A stretch of 62,775 nucleotides of DNA, counting the filler. It is 6 parts of 6 records of this genome, joined end to end, with 100 filler letters (N's around TTAATTAATTAA, not from the genome) between each part and the next. Parts side by side here need not be neighbours in the genome. Positions count along the whole stretch, not along the records: positions 16,744 to 23,808 come from SRR31156797_14750; positions 23,909 to 34,109 come from SRR31156797_14769; 4 more parts are not named here. One strand, 5' to 3'. How positions within the stretch are numbered: position 1 is the first letter of the stretch; each line of letters begins with the position of its first letter. The notes beneath the pieces are model-generated. The model was not told the DNA's origin, did not search any database, and saw only the letters and a list, made by a program, of their open reading frames with translations. Shown one piece after another: positions 20,201 to 30,202 of the stretch. The translations under genes and the position numbers were made by a program.

Positions 20201-21361
20201 ATGTTTGCGTTTTTTCTGAGCAGCGGTATTTTTCTGGGATGGTCCCTGGGGGCCAATGACGCTTCCAATGTGTTCGGAACGGCGGTGGCCTCGCGGATGA
20301 TCCGGTTTAAAACCGCTGCCGCCTGCTGCAGTGTTTTCGTCATTCTCGGGGCCGTGGCGGGCGGGGCAGGGGCCTCCCACACCCTGGGCAAGCTGGGGGC
20401 GGTCAATGCCATTGCCGGCGCTTTTATTGTGGCCTTTTCCGCCGCCCTGAGCGTATATCTCATGACCAAGGCCCGGTTCCCGGTGTCCACCTCCCAGGCC
20501 ATTGTGGGGGCCATTGTGGGCTGGAACCTTTTTACCGCCTCGCCCATTGACCAGGCCGCCCTGATAAAGATCACCATGACCTGGCTGGTCTGCCCGGTGC
20601 TGTCGGGGGGTATCGCCGTAGTCTTGTACATGCTGGCCGCCCTGCTCATCAACAAATGCAGGATTCATATGTTCCGGCTCGATCTCTATACCCGGTGGTC
20701 CCTGCTGGTTGCCGGTATTTTCGGGTCATATGCCCTGGGGGCCAACAATATCGCAAATGTCATGGGCGTTTTTCTGCCGGTATCGCCCTTTGAGTCCTTT
20801 TCCCTGGGACTGTTCAGCTTGACGCCTGCCCAGCAGCTTTTTCTCATTGGCGGGATCGCTATTGCTATCGGAGTGCTGACCTATTCAAAACAGGTCATGA
20901 TGACGGTGGGATCCGGGATTGTGGAATTGACCCCGGTGGCGGCAAGCGTGGTGGTGTGGGCCCATTCCATTGTGCTTTTTCTCTTCTCCTCCCAGGCATT
21001 GAAAGGTTTTTTAACGGGTCACGGGCTGCCCTCCCTGCCCCTGGTGCCGGTGTCCAGCTCCCAGGCGGTGGTTGGGGCCGTCATCGGGATCGGCCTGCTC
21101 AAAAGGGGATTCCGGAGCATTAAATGGCGAATGGTCGGCGGCATCGCCAGCGGCTGGGTCACCACCCCGGTCATTGCCGCCCTTGTCAGTTTCATCTCAC
21201 TTTTCTTTTTGCAGAACGTATTCCAGCAGGAAGTGTACAAGCCGGCAGGCCTTGCTGTTTCGCCCGCCGGAATCCATATACAGGAAACAGGGGGTGCCAT
21301 GGCTGTTGCCGAAAACGGCCTGGCAGCTCAAATTAATCAGATAACCCAAAAAACGGAGTAA
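20201..21361 (+). CDS. PiT-family inorganic phosphate transporter
   Basis: GANDASNVFGTAV, PVSTSQAIVG, GANNIANVMG, PVSSSQAVVGAVIG, GWVTTP. Confidence 0.94.
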   Translation: MFAFFLSSGIFLGWSLGANDASNVFGTAVASRMIRFKTAAACCSVFVILGAVAGGAGASHTLGKLGAVNAIAGAFIVAFSAALSVYLMTKARFPVSTSQAIVGAIVGWNLFTASPIDQAALIKITMTWLVCPVLSGGIAVVLYMLAALLINKCRIHMFRLDLYTRWSLLVAGIFGSYALGANNIANVMGVFLPVSPFESFSLGLFSLTPAQQLFLIGGIAIAIGVLTYSKQVMMTVGSGIVELTPVAASVVVWAHSIVLFLFSSQALKGFLTGHGLPSLPLVPVSSSQAVVGAVIGIGLLKRGFRSIKWRMVGGIASGWVTTPVIAALVSFISLFFLQNVFQQEVYKPAGLAVSPAGIHIQETGGAMAVAENGLAAQINQITQKTE

Positions 21362-21367
21362 TTAAAA

Positions 21368-22000
21368 ATGGTAGACGTATTTGACTCAAATCAGGCCACC
21401 TCAGCAGCGGATGCTGAAAAACTTGTACCCAGGGCGGAGTTCCGGGCTTTTGGCCAGAACATCCTTGATATTGTAACGGCATCCATGTGGACGGCCCAGG
21501 CCAAATTGTTCAAAATCAGGACCAGCAAAGAGATCTATATCCTGTCCGGACTCACCAATGAGGCCAATGTAAAGATTCGCGACGGCCTGTTGGACATCAA
21601 AACCAAGGTCGGTGAAACCGAAGACGGATATGAGGTGTTCCAGCCCAAGGGTAAATTCCAGTTTCCTGTCAACAAGGAGGAATTGTCAAAGATATTTGAG
21701 AATCTCCTGGTGGCGGTTTCCCTTGATAAGGATGAATACACCCTGGATGAATTCCTGGCCATGGTCAAGGCCCATGCAGACCTTGCCGCAGTGGATGTGG
21801 AAAAGGAAAGGTATGGATTTTCCGTGGACGGCATGATCTGTGAGTATGGTAAAATCCTGTTCAACGGCGCCCTCCTTGAAACGGCCTGCGTGGAAAGCGA
21901 AGACTACCAGGGCATGAAGAAAGCCATTCAGGCGCTCAAGCTGGATAATCTGGACAATATCAACTATCTCAAGGCTGCCAAGCAGGTCGTTGGCATGTAA
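21368..22000 (+). CDS. Uncharacterised protein with CYTH / triphosphate tunnel metalloenzyme-like motifs
   Basis: GGAG SD; ordered motifs RAEFR, KEIYI, NVKIR, LDIK, VEKER, CVESE, NINYL parallel the CYTH pattern ExExK, QxDxY, LRIR, lTlK, KxR, ExE, SY. Confidence 0.7.
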   Translation: MVDVFDSNQATSAADAEKLVPRAEFRAFGQNILDIVTASMWTAQAKLFKIRTSKEIYILSGLTNEANVKIRDGLLDIKTKVGETEDGYEVFQPKGKFQFPVNKEELSKIFENLLVAVSLDKDEYTLDEFLAMVKAHADLAAVDVEKERYGFSVDGMICEYGKILFNGALLETACVESEDYQGMKKAIQALKLDNLDNINYLKAAKQVVGM

Positions 22001-22031
22001 TCCCACCGCTTACCTATATGCCTGTTCCTGC

Positions 22032-22060
22032 CGCCCCGGAGATGTCCTGTCTCCGGGGCG
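22032..22060 (+). terminator. Stem-loop downstream of the DUF47-PiT-CYTH operon
   Basis: CGCCCCGGAGA-N7-TCTCCGGGGCG, perfect 11-bp stem; weak U-tract (CTCTATTT). Confidence 0.6.
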
Positions 22061-22208
22061 CTCTATTTGGAAACCGCCGGTTTCCCGGTCCCACGGTATA
22101 AGTAATCGTTATCACCGGCATTAACAGGAATGATTTAACCTCGGTCACGGCCTGTGTTAAAGCACTTTCAGTCAAAAATATTATACTGAAACACAGGATA
22201 TAGTCAAA

Positions 22209-23808
22209 ATGACCACCACCTTCGCCTCTCCATCACCCGAAAGGAAAAAAACGTTCGTTTTTTCCGGGCCCAAAGGCCTGAAATATCATTTTATTCTGCA
22301 GCTGATTCCGGCTGTGGTGGCAGGGTTCATTCTGACATCATGGCTGGGGACCCATATCAATATCAATGCCTTGAACCGGTCCGCCCATAAAAAGGTGATG
22401 GGAAGCAATGGGCTCATGTCCATGAATATTTCCCATTGGCGGCGTTTCCATGAAACGTTGGTGGACACCGTTGCCGCAAGTCCTTTTGTCGCCTCGGCCG
22501 TGGCGGATCCGGCGGCAAGGCCGGTTTTGAATCAGCACTGGAAACAGATGAAGGCCCGGTTCGGCTTCAGGAATATCGCCCTTTTGAATGCTTCCGGCAG
22601 GGCCGTTGCCGCAAGCAATGACAACCGTATTGGCCAAGATTACAGCGGTATGGATTGTTTTCAGCGGGCAAAGGTGGAGAACCATGTGGTGATTTCCGAT
22701 CCCCGGGTCAGCCGGGTGGACAAAAAGCTGCTTGTCACCTTTGCCCGGCAGTTGCCCTCCGGCCAGGGAGTGGTGATTATTTCCATTCCCCTGGACCGGT
22801 TTTACAAGGAGTATGTGGACATCACCGCCCATGATCCGGACAGCAGCGCATTTATCCTGACCGCTGAAGGAAAAATGCTGGCCCACAAAGCCATTTCCAC
22901 CGGAGAGTATGGCTTGCCCGATTTGAAGCGGTTCTGTTCCGGCCCGGAAAGAAATCTGGTGTTTACCGGGCAGGGCCAGCCCTACCTGGGCCATGTCAGC
23001 CGGGAGCCGGTAACGGGATGGTATCTCGTCAGCGCCACCAACACCTCGGGTATCGAGAAAAACCGCAGCCGTCTCGTGCTCGTCAATACCGTTATCGCCC
23101 TTGGAGCCATTCTGCTTGTATCCGTTCTGATCTTCCGCCAGGTGAATTCCGTGACCTCTCGAATCGATACGGTTGTCACGGCGATCCGTGATCTTTCCCA
23201 GGGGGATATCGCCCTTGGCCGCCTCGATCCGGATAAGTGGCAGGCCCTTACCCGGGGGGAGGATGAACTGGGCGCCATGGGCCGGGCCATGGACAATCTT
23301 ATCCGCATCCAAAGGGATCGGATCGATGCCGCCGGCGCCATTGCCGGGGGGGACCTCACCGGGAACGTGACACCGGCCGGTCCCAGGGATCTGTTCGGTA
23401 ATGCCCTGGCCGGGATGCTCGAAAGTCTCAGGGCCATGGTTCAGGCCATCCAGGGGACATTCACGGAAATGACCGACGCGGTCTCCCGGCTCAGCCGGGA
23501 CAGTGACCTGCTGGCCCAGGGCGCCGTCGACCAGTCCGTTTCCATTTCCTCAATCCGGGAAAACATCGCTGAAATAGAGCGCCAGACCGGCCAGACCGCG
23601 ACAACCTCGGTAAGGGTCAATGAAAGGGCTGTAACCGCCCTTGGCGAAGCGGAAGGGTGTAAGCTGAGAATGCAGGAACTGGTGGATACCCTGGGGGAAA
23701 TCACGGTGTCCGGGGAAAACATCTCCTCAACCATGGATGATATTTGCTTCATCGCCGACCAGACCCATTTGATTGCATTGAACGCCACCATTGAAGCGGC
23801 CAGGGCCG
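22209..23808 (+). CDS. Methyl-accepting chemotaxis protein with Cache-like sensor and HAMP (3' truncated)
   Basis: Two TMs flanking a dCache-like region, DELGAMGRA (HAMP), IADQTHLIALNATIEAARA signalling tip. Confidence 0.92.
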
Positions 23809-23908
23809 NNNNNNNNNNNNNNNNNNNNNNNNNNNNNNNNNNNNNNNNNNNNTTAATTAATTAANNNNNNNNNNNNNNNNNNNNNNNNNNNNNNNNNNNN
23901 NNNNNNNN
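23809..23908. other. Artificial contig linker
   Basis: N44-TTAATTAATTAA-N44. Confidence 0.99.
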
Positions 23909-24001
23909 CACCGGCTGGTCGACGGCCGCCAGGCGGTCAGTTTCCTGGTCCGCATCAAGGAATGCCTGGAGAACCCGACCCGGATCATGCTGGACGTTTA
24001 A
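23909..24001 (+). CDS. sucB: Dihydrolipoamide succinyltransferase E2, C-terminal fragment
   Basis: [30 protein letters not shown]; directly upstream of lpdA. Confidence 0.9.
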   Translation, partial: HRLVDGRQAVSFLVRIKECLENPTRIMLDV

Positions 24002-24017
24002 TGAACGTTTTGTTGCC

Positions 24018-24094
24018 CGTCATGGCCGTGCTTGGCACGGCCATCCACGATTTCAATAAAGACGTGGATACCCGGAACAAGTCCGGGCATGACG
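24018..24094. repeat. CGTC-tagged palindromic (REP/RPE-like) element
   Basis: CGTCATG...CATGACG termini enclosing the stems GCCGTGC/GCACGGC, ATCCACG/CGTGGAT and CCCGGA/TCCGGG. Confidence 0.85.
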
Positions 24095-24129
24095 AAGTAA
24101 AGTGAGAGCAGTCGCTGGGGAGGAACCTC

Positions 24130-25542
24130 ATGAGTGACAATGCCTTCGATCTGGTCGTCATCGGCGGCGGGCCGGGCGGCTATGTGGCGGCGATCCGGGC
24201 GGCGCAGCTGGGCATGAGCGTCGCCTGCGTCGAAAAGCGCGACACACTTGGCGGCACCTGCCTGAATGTCGGCTGCATTCCGTCGAAGGCGATGCTGCAG
24301 TCGTCCCACCATTACGAGATGGCCGGCCATGAATTCGCCGATCACGGCATCCAGGCGAGCGGGCTGAAGCTCGATCTGGCGGCGATGATGAAGCGAAAAG
24401 ATTCGGTGGTCGCCGATTTGACCAAGGGCATCGATTTCCTGCTCAAGAAGAACAAGGTGACGCGAATCCTGGGCGCCGCGTCGATCAAGGATGGCTCCAC
24501 CGTCATCGTCGATGCCGGCAAGGGCAAGAAAAAGCAGACACTGAAAACCGAGAACATCCTGATCGCGACCGGATCGGAAACGACGCCGCTGCCGGGCGTT
24601 GCCATCGACGAAAAGCGCATCGTCAGTTCGACCGGGGCGCTGGACCTTCAGAAGGTTCCGAAAAAGATGATCGTCATCGGCGCCGGCATCATCGGGCTGG
24701 AACTGGGTTCGGTCTGGCGGCGGCTCGGGTCCGAGGTCACCGTCATCGAATTCCTGCCCGGCATCCTGCCGGGTTTGGATGGTGAAGTGTGCAAGCAGAT
24801 GACACGCATCCTCAAACGTCAGGGCCTCGATATCCGCACCTCGATGAAAGTGACCGGGGCGAAGGCGACGACCCGGGGCGTCACCCTGACCGCCGAACCG
24901 GTAAAGGGCGGCGACGCCGAGACCTTTAAGGCCGACGTCGTGCTGGTATCGATCGGGCGGCGCCCCTTCACCGAAGGCCTGGGGCTGGACAAGGCCGGTG
25001 TCGAGATCGACGAACGGGGATTCGTTAAGGTCGATGCGGAATTCCAGACCAACGTTGCCGGCGTCTTTGCCATCGGCGATGTCATCGGCGGCATGATGCT
25101 GGCCCACAAGGCCGAGGACGAGGGCGCGGCGGCGGCCGAAATCATCGCCGGTGAAGCGGCCCATGTGAACTACGACGCCATTCCCGGCGTCGTCTACACC
25201 TGGCCGGAAGTCGCGGCACTGGGCAAGACCGAGGAGCAGTTGAAAGAGGCCGGCATCGAGTACAAAACCGGCAAGTTTCCTTTCAGCGCCAATTCGCGGG
25301 CGCGGTGCAACGCCGATGCCGACGGCTTCGTCAAGGTCCTGGCCGACGCCAAGACCGACGCCATCCTGGGCGTTCACATCGTCGGCCCGGAAGCCGGCGA
25401 TCTGATCCAGGAGGCGGTGATCGCCATGGAGTTCGGCGGTTCGGCCGAAGACCTGGCCCGATCCTGTCACGGCCATCCGGGTTTGGCCGAGGCCATCAAG
25501 GAGGCGGCGCTGGCCGTTGCGGGTCGCGCCATTCACGTCTAG
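24130..25542 (+). CDS. lpdA: Dihydrolipoyl dehydrogenase
   Basis: GGGPGGYVAA, GGTCLNVGCIPSK, GAGIIGLE, MLAHKAEDEG, HGHPGLAEA. Confidence 0.97.
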   Translation: MSDNAFDLVVIGGGPGGYVAAIRAAQLGMSVACVEKRDTLGGTCLNVGCIPSKAMLQSSHHYEMAGHEFADHGIQASGLKLDLAAMMKRKDSVVADLTKGIDFLLKKNKVTRILGAASIKDGSTVIVDAGKGKKKQTLKTENILIATGSETTPLPGVAIDEKRIVSSTGALDLQKVPKKMIVIGAGIIGLELGSVWRRLGSEVTVIEFLPGILPGLDGEVCKQMTRILKRQGLDIRTSMKVTGAKATTRGVTLTAEPVKGGDAETFKADVVLVSIGRRPFTEGLGLDKAGVEIDERGFVKVDAEFQTNVAGVFAIGDVIGGMMLAHKAEDEGAAAAEIIAGEAAHVNYDAIPGVVYTWPEVAALGKTEEQLKEAGIEYKTGKFPFSANSRARCNADADGFVKVLADAKTDAILGVHIVGPEAGDLIQEAVIAMEFGGSAEDLARSCHGHPGLAEAIKEAALAVAGRAIHV

Positions 25543-25570
25543 TTTCGTCTCTCAAAGAGAGGACCGAAAC

Positions 25571-26665
25571 ATGACCGGCATTCCACAAACCATGCACGCC
25601 GTCTGGCTGACCGGCCACGGTGGCTTTGATGCACTCGAATACCGCACAGACGTGCCGGTGCCGGTGCCGGAGCCGGGCGAGGTTTTGATCCGCGTCGGCG
25701 CGGCGGGCATCAACAACACCGACATCAACACCCGCATCGGCTGGTATTCGAAATCGGTCGGCAGCGGCACCACGGAGGGCGCCGAGGACGGTTTCGCCGA
25801 CGTCGAAACCGATGACGCCAGCTGGGCCGGCGAGGCGCTCGGCTTTCCCCGCATCCAGGGCATCGACGCCTGCGGGCGCATTGTTTCTGTCGGCGAGGGC
25901 GTCGATCCGGCGAGAATCGGCGAACGCGTCCTGGTCGAACCCTGCCTTCGTGTCTACCCGGGCGCCGAGGAAGGTGTTTACCGGTTTTTCGGGTCCGAAT
26001 GCGACGGCGCCTTTGCCCAGTATACGAAGGTGGCGTCCGAGCACGCCTACAGGATCGACAGTCCGCTGGAAGACGCCGAACTGGCGTCTTTCCCGTGCGC
26101 CTATTCGACCGCCGAGAACATGCTGACCCGGGCGGACGTCAAAGACGGCGAAACCGTGTTGGTGACCGGCGCCTCCGGTGGCGTCGGCTCGGCCGCCGTG
26201 CAACTGGCCAAACGGCGCGGCGCCCGCGTGGTTGCCATCGCCAGCGCATCGAAGGCCTTCGACGTCCAGGACCTGGGGGCGGCCTCGGTCATCCCGCGCG
26301 GCTCGGACCCGTTGCAGGCGCTGGGGGCGGAGAGCGTCGACGTCGTCATCGATCTGGTCGCCGGGCCGGGCTGGCCGAGCCTGCTCGATGTGCTCAAGCG
26401 CGGCGGGCGCTATGCGGTTTCCGGCGCCGTCGCCGGACCGATCGTGCCCCTGGATTTGCGGACGCTTTATCTGAAGGATCTCAGTTTTTTCGGCTGCACG
26501 GTGCTGGAACCGGAAGTTTTCACCAACCTGATCGACATCATCGAGCGGCAAGAAATTCGCCCGATCGTCGCCGGCGCCTATGGGCTGGAGGACATCGTGG
26601 CGGCGCAGCAGGATTTCCTGGCCAAGAAATTTACCGGCAAGCTGGTGCTGATCCCGCCGGAATAA
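25571..26665 (+). CDS. Medium-chain dehydrogenase/reductase (alcohol dehydrogenase / quinone oxidoreductase family)
   Basis: GINNTDINTR, FPRIQGID, VLVTGASGGVGSAAVQLA, GKLVL; AGAGGA SD. Confidence 0.9.
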   Translation: MTGIPQTMHAVWLTGHGGFDALEYRTDVPVPVPEPGEVLIRVGAAGINNTDINTRIGWYSKSVGSGTTEGAEDGFADVETDDASWAGEALGFPRIQGIDACGRIVSVGEGVDPARIGERVLVEPCLRVYPGAEEGVYRFFGSECDGAFAQYTKVASEHAYRIDSPLEDAELASFPCAYSTAENMLTRADVKDGETVLVTGASGGVGSAAVQLAKRRGARVVAIASASKAFDVQDLGAASVIPRGSDPLQALGAESVDVVIDLVAGPGWPSLLDVLKRGGRYAVSGAVAGPIVPLDLRTLYLKDLSFFGCTVLEPEVFTNLIDIIERQEIRPIVAGAYGLEDIVAAQQDFLAKKFTGKLVLIPPE

Positions 26666-26705
26666 GGCCCGAACAAGAATAAGTCCTGAACAATAGGATG
26701 AGCGA

Positions 26706-27956
26706 ATGCGACTGCCCGGCAACTTCGGTGGTCTTCGGGCCATCTTCGCCAAGCGCATGTACCGGATTTACGTTTCCGGCAGCATCGCTTCCAATCTGGG
26801 GCTATGGATCTGGCGCATTTCGGTCGGCTGGCTGACCTGGGAATTGACCGAGTCGACGGCCTGGCTGGGCGGCATGGCGGTGGCCGAGGTCGCACCCCTA
26901 ATGATATTCGGTTTTATCTCCGGAGCGATCGTCGATAGGACCGATTTGTTGCGGCTTTTGCGCCGTGTCCAGATGATCATGCTGTCCTTGGCGGCCTGCA
27001 TCGCGGTCCTGACCTTTGCCGACCTGATCACCATCTGGATCTTGTGCGCCATCACGGTGATGCGCGGTGTCGGCCTGTCGTTCATGCGGCCGTCGCGCAT
27101 GTCTCTGGTCTATGCCATCATCGGGCGCGACCACTTGCCGACGGCACTGGCCGTCAATTCCCTGATCTTCAACAGCTCGCGATTTATCGGCCCGGCCATC
27201 GGCGGCGCCGTCATCCTGTGGGGCGGCGTCGCCTGGGGGTTCGCCGTCGCGGTCGGTTTGTTCTCCGGCTTCACGCTTTGCCTGCACCTGCTATCGATTG
27301 CTTCGAGAGAACCGAAAAAGGAGTCGAAATCGCTGGCTTCCGATTCGGCCGACGGAATCCGTTACCTTTTGAACCACTCCGGCATTCGCATGCAGATGGT
27401 TCTGGTATTTTCCATCGGCTTTTTCGCCCGTCCGCTGATCGACCTGTTTCCCGGCTTTGCCGCGCAGGTGTTCGCGGGCGGCCCCGAAACCCTTGCAACG
27501 CTGATGAGCGGACTTGGACTGGGAGCTATCGTCGGCGGGCTTTTCCTGGCGTCGCGGACGGCCGGGACCAAGGGCCTGACTTCGATCACCCTGATCAGCA
27601 TGCTGACCGCCGCCCTGACATTGCTGGCTTTCAGCGCCACCGACAGCTTCGCGCTGGCCTTGCCGCTGGTCGTCCTGATGGGCGGCAGCTTCGTTACGCA
27701 AGGAATCGGCAACCAGACCCTGATCCAGTCGGCGGTCGATCCGGCGATGCGCGGACGTGTGCTCAGCCTGTACGGCCTGACCGTCCGCGGCATGCCGTCG
27801 ATTGGGGCGCTGATCATGGGCGCCGCCGCCGAATCGATGGGACTTCAACTGCCCGTCGCCACCGGTGCGGTGCTCTGCCTGCTGGTCTGGGCCTGGGCCT
27901 GGCGCGGCCGCCGCGCCTATGCGGCCAATCTGGAAACCGATCCGACCGCGACCTGA
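26706..27956 (+). CDS. MFS transporter (MFS_3-like)
   Basis: About 12 TMs, GAIVDR, SRFIGPAIGG, MRGRVLSLY. Confidence 0.88.
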   Translation: MRLPGNFGGLRAIFAKRMYRIYVSGSIASNLGLWIWRISVGWLTWELTESTAWLGGMAVAEVAPLMIFGFISGAIVDRTDLLRLLRRVQMIMLSLAACIAVLTFADLITIWILCAITVMRGVGLSFMRPSRMSLVYAIIGRDHLPTALAVNSLIFNSSRFIGPAIGGAVILWGGVAWGFAVAVGLFSGFTLCLHLLSIASREPKKESKSLASDSADGIRYLLNHSGIRMQMVLVFSIGFFARPLIDLFPGFAAQVFAGGPETLATLMSGLGLGAIVGGLFLASRTAGTKGLTSITLISMLTAALTLLAFSATDSFALALPLVVLMGGSFVTQGIGNQTLIQSAVDPAMRGRVLSLYGLTVRGMPSIGALIMGAAAESMGLQLPVATGAVLCLLVWAWAWRGRRAYAANLETDPTAT

Positions 27957-28026
27957 CCGGCGAAAATCCGGCGCGACGTTTTTCCTGGCGACAGGGGGTT
28001 CCCCGCCGCTTTAACATGACCGGGCC

Positions 28027-29241
28027 ATGGCTCTTTCCCGCCATCCCGTCCGCCTGACCGTGACCCTTTGCGTCGCCGAGGTCCTCGGCATGGCCGGGTT
28101 CGCCACCTTCGCCGCCCTGCTGCCGGGCTTCCTCGACATCTGGGATTTGACCAAGACCGACGCCGGCTGGCTGAACGGCATCTTTTTCGCCGGCTACGTC
28201 GCCTCGGTGCCGGTGCTGGTCAGCCTGACCGACCGCATGCCGCCGAAGCGGGTGTATCTGTTCTCGACGGTCCTGACGGTGGTTTCCGGGATCGGTTTCG
28301 CCTATCTGGCCGACGGTTTCTGGTCGGCGCTGGTCTTGCGCTTCGTTGCCGGTATCGGGCTAGGCGGCACCTACATGCCGGGCATGAAAATCCTCGGCGA
28401 CCGCCTGGACGGCACGGCGCAAAGCCGCGGCGTCAGCTTTTATGCCGCCAGCTTTTCGATCGGCTGGTCGCTTTCGTTCCTGCTGGCCGGCGAGATCGCC
28501 GGGGCGCTCGACTGGCGCTGGGCCTTCGGGTTGTGCGCGTTGGGCCCGGTTGCCGCGTTGGCGCTGGTCGGCCTGCTGGTCGGCCGCGACGATCCAAAAG
28601 ATTTCGTCGGCGGCGACACCCGCCTGCTCGATTTCCGGCCCGTTCTGACCTGCCGCCCGGCGATGGGATACGTGCTGGCTTACGCCGTGCACAATTTCGA
28701 ATTGTTCGCGGCGCGTTCGTGGATCGTCGTTTTCCTGGTTTTCGCCCAGTCGCTCAACCCGGACGGCGGCCCGGCCTGGAGCGCCACATGGATCGCCACC
28801 GCGTTTACCCTGATCGGCATGCCGGCCAGCGTGCTCGGCAACGAGGTCGCGGTTCGCCTCGGCCGGGTCCGGGTGATCGCGTTGGTCATGCTGGCCTCGA
28901 CGGCGATTGCCGCGATATTGGGTTTCGCCGCGCCGATCCCGTTTGCCCTGCTGGTTGCTTTGGCGCTTGTTTACGGCGCCCTGGTGACCGGCGATTCGGC
29001 CTCGATCACGGCCGGCGTCGTCGCCGCCGCGCCGTCGGGACACCGCGGCGCCACCATGGCCGTGCACGCCAGCCTGGGATTTATGGGGTCCTTCGCCGGA
29101 CCGCTGGTCTTCGGCATCGTGTTGGACGCCACCGGCGGCGGCGGATCGGCCGGGTCCTGGGGCATCGCCTTTTTGACCATGGGACTGGTCGCGGCGATGG
29201 GGCCAGCCGCCCTGGCGTTTCTCAGCCGCAAACAAGCCTGA
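28027..29241 (+). CDS. MFS transporter
   Basis: About 12 TMs, SLTDR, RFVAGIGLGGTYMPG, HNFELF. Confidence 0.88.
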   Translation: MALSRHPVRLTVTLCVAEVLGMAGFATFAALLPGFLDIWDLTKTDAGWLNGIFFAGYVASVPVLVSLTDRMPPKRVYLFSTVLTVVSGIGFAYLADGFWSALVLRFVAGIGLGGTYMPGMKILGDRLDGTAQSRGVSFYAASFSIGWSLSFLLAGEIAGALDWRWAFGLCALGPVAALALVGLLVGRDDPKDFVGGDTRLLDFRPVLTCRPAMGYVLAYAVHNFELFAARSWIVVFLVFAQSLNPDGGPAWSATWIATAFTLIGMPASVLGNEVAVRLGRVRVIALVMLASTAIAAILGFAAPIPFALLVALALVYGALVTGDSASITAGVVAAAPSGHRGATMAVHASLGFMGSFAGPLVFGIVLDATGGGGSAGSWGIAFLTMGLVAAMGPAALAFLSRKQA

Positions 29242-29251
29242 AATCCGAAGG

Positions 29252-30202
29252 TTATTTGCGCGCCCGCGGATGGGCGGCGTTATAGACCGCCGTCAGGCGG
29301 GCCGAATCGACGTCGGTATAGCGCTGCGTCGTCGAAAGCGACGCGTGGCCCAAAAGCTCCTGGATGGTGCGCAGGTCGCCGCCGCCGGCCAGTAGGTGTG
29401 TTGCGAAGCTGTGGCGCAGCGCGTGCGGAGTCGCCGTTTCCGGCAGTCCCAGGATGATGCGCACGTTGCGCATGGCCTTTTGCACGACACCGGCCTGCAA
29501 TCTTTTGCCACGGGCGCCGACGAACAGCGGATCGGTGTCTTCCAACCCGTAGGGGCAGGCCGCCAGGTAATCGTCGATCGCTTCGCGCACGACAGGCAAT
29601 ACGGGAACGATGCGCTGTTTGTTGCCCTTGCCGGTGATGGTCATGACGTCGCCTTCCGGCACCTGGCCCCGGTTCAGGCTCATCGCCTCGCCGATCCTGA
29701 GCCCGCAGCCGTAGAGCAGCATCATGACGGCAATGTCGCGCTTGCCGATCCATGGCGTGTCGGTGAAATCGGCGATGGTTTCGACCGCTTCCAGCGCCTC
29801 GGCGACATCGAGCGCCTTCGGCACCGATTTCGGCACCTTCGGCGTGCGCACGGCGCCGATTGCCGGGTTGTGCACGAGGCCGCGCTTTTCCAGGTGGCGG
29901 AAAAAGCCGCGCACGGTCGACATGGCCCGTGCCGTCGAATTGCGCGACTTCTGGTCGGTGGCGCGCCGCGCCAGCCAGCTTCTGAAATCGGTCACCTTCA
30001 GCGCCTCCAGATCCTGCAGGCCGGGCGGGAAACCCAGGTGTTCGGCCATGAAGGCCATGAAGGCCGAGAGATCGCGCAAGTAGGCGTCGAGCGTGTGGAC
30101 CGAAGCGCGCCGTTCGTCGGCGAGCCAGGCCCGCCATTCCTCGATCGCCGAGACCACGCCGGGTTCGGCGGAAAATTGGATCAGTCGGAGGTCGCCAACC
30201 AT
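29252..30202 (-). CDS. xerC: Tyrosine recombinase XerC
   Basis: ERRASVHTLDAY, LLYGCGLRIGE, GKGNKQR, TPHALRHSFATHLL, QELLGHASLSTTQRYT; DUF484-xerC synteny (start may be 30214). Confidence 0.93.
   Translation of the reverse strand: MVGDLRLIQFSAEPGVVSAIEEWRAWLADERRASVHTLDAYLRDLSAFMAFMAEHLGFPPGLQDLEALKVTDFRSWLARRATDQKSRNSTARAMSTVRGFFRHLEKRGLVHNPAIGAVRTPKVPKSVPKALDVAEALEAVETIADFTDTPWIGKRDIAVMMLLYGCGLRIGEAMSLNRGQVPEGDVMTITGKGNKQRIVPVLPVVREAIDDYLAACPYGLEDTDPLFVGARGKRLQAGVVQKAMRNVRIILGLPETATPHALRHSFATHLLAGGGDLRTIQELLGHASLSTTQRYTDVDSARLTAVYNAAHPRARK

Noticed and set aside
23998..25536. 512-aa antisense ORF opposite lpdA
   Set aside because: Shadow ORF from high-GC codon bias; no motifs. Its C-terminal VMPGLVPGIH is simply the palindromic repeat read in reverse.
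29252..30202. Tyrosine recombinase as a prophage or island integrase
   Set aside because: XerC motifs and DUF484-fsa-priA housekeeping synteny; no att site or phage genes.
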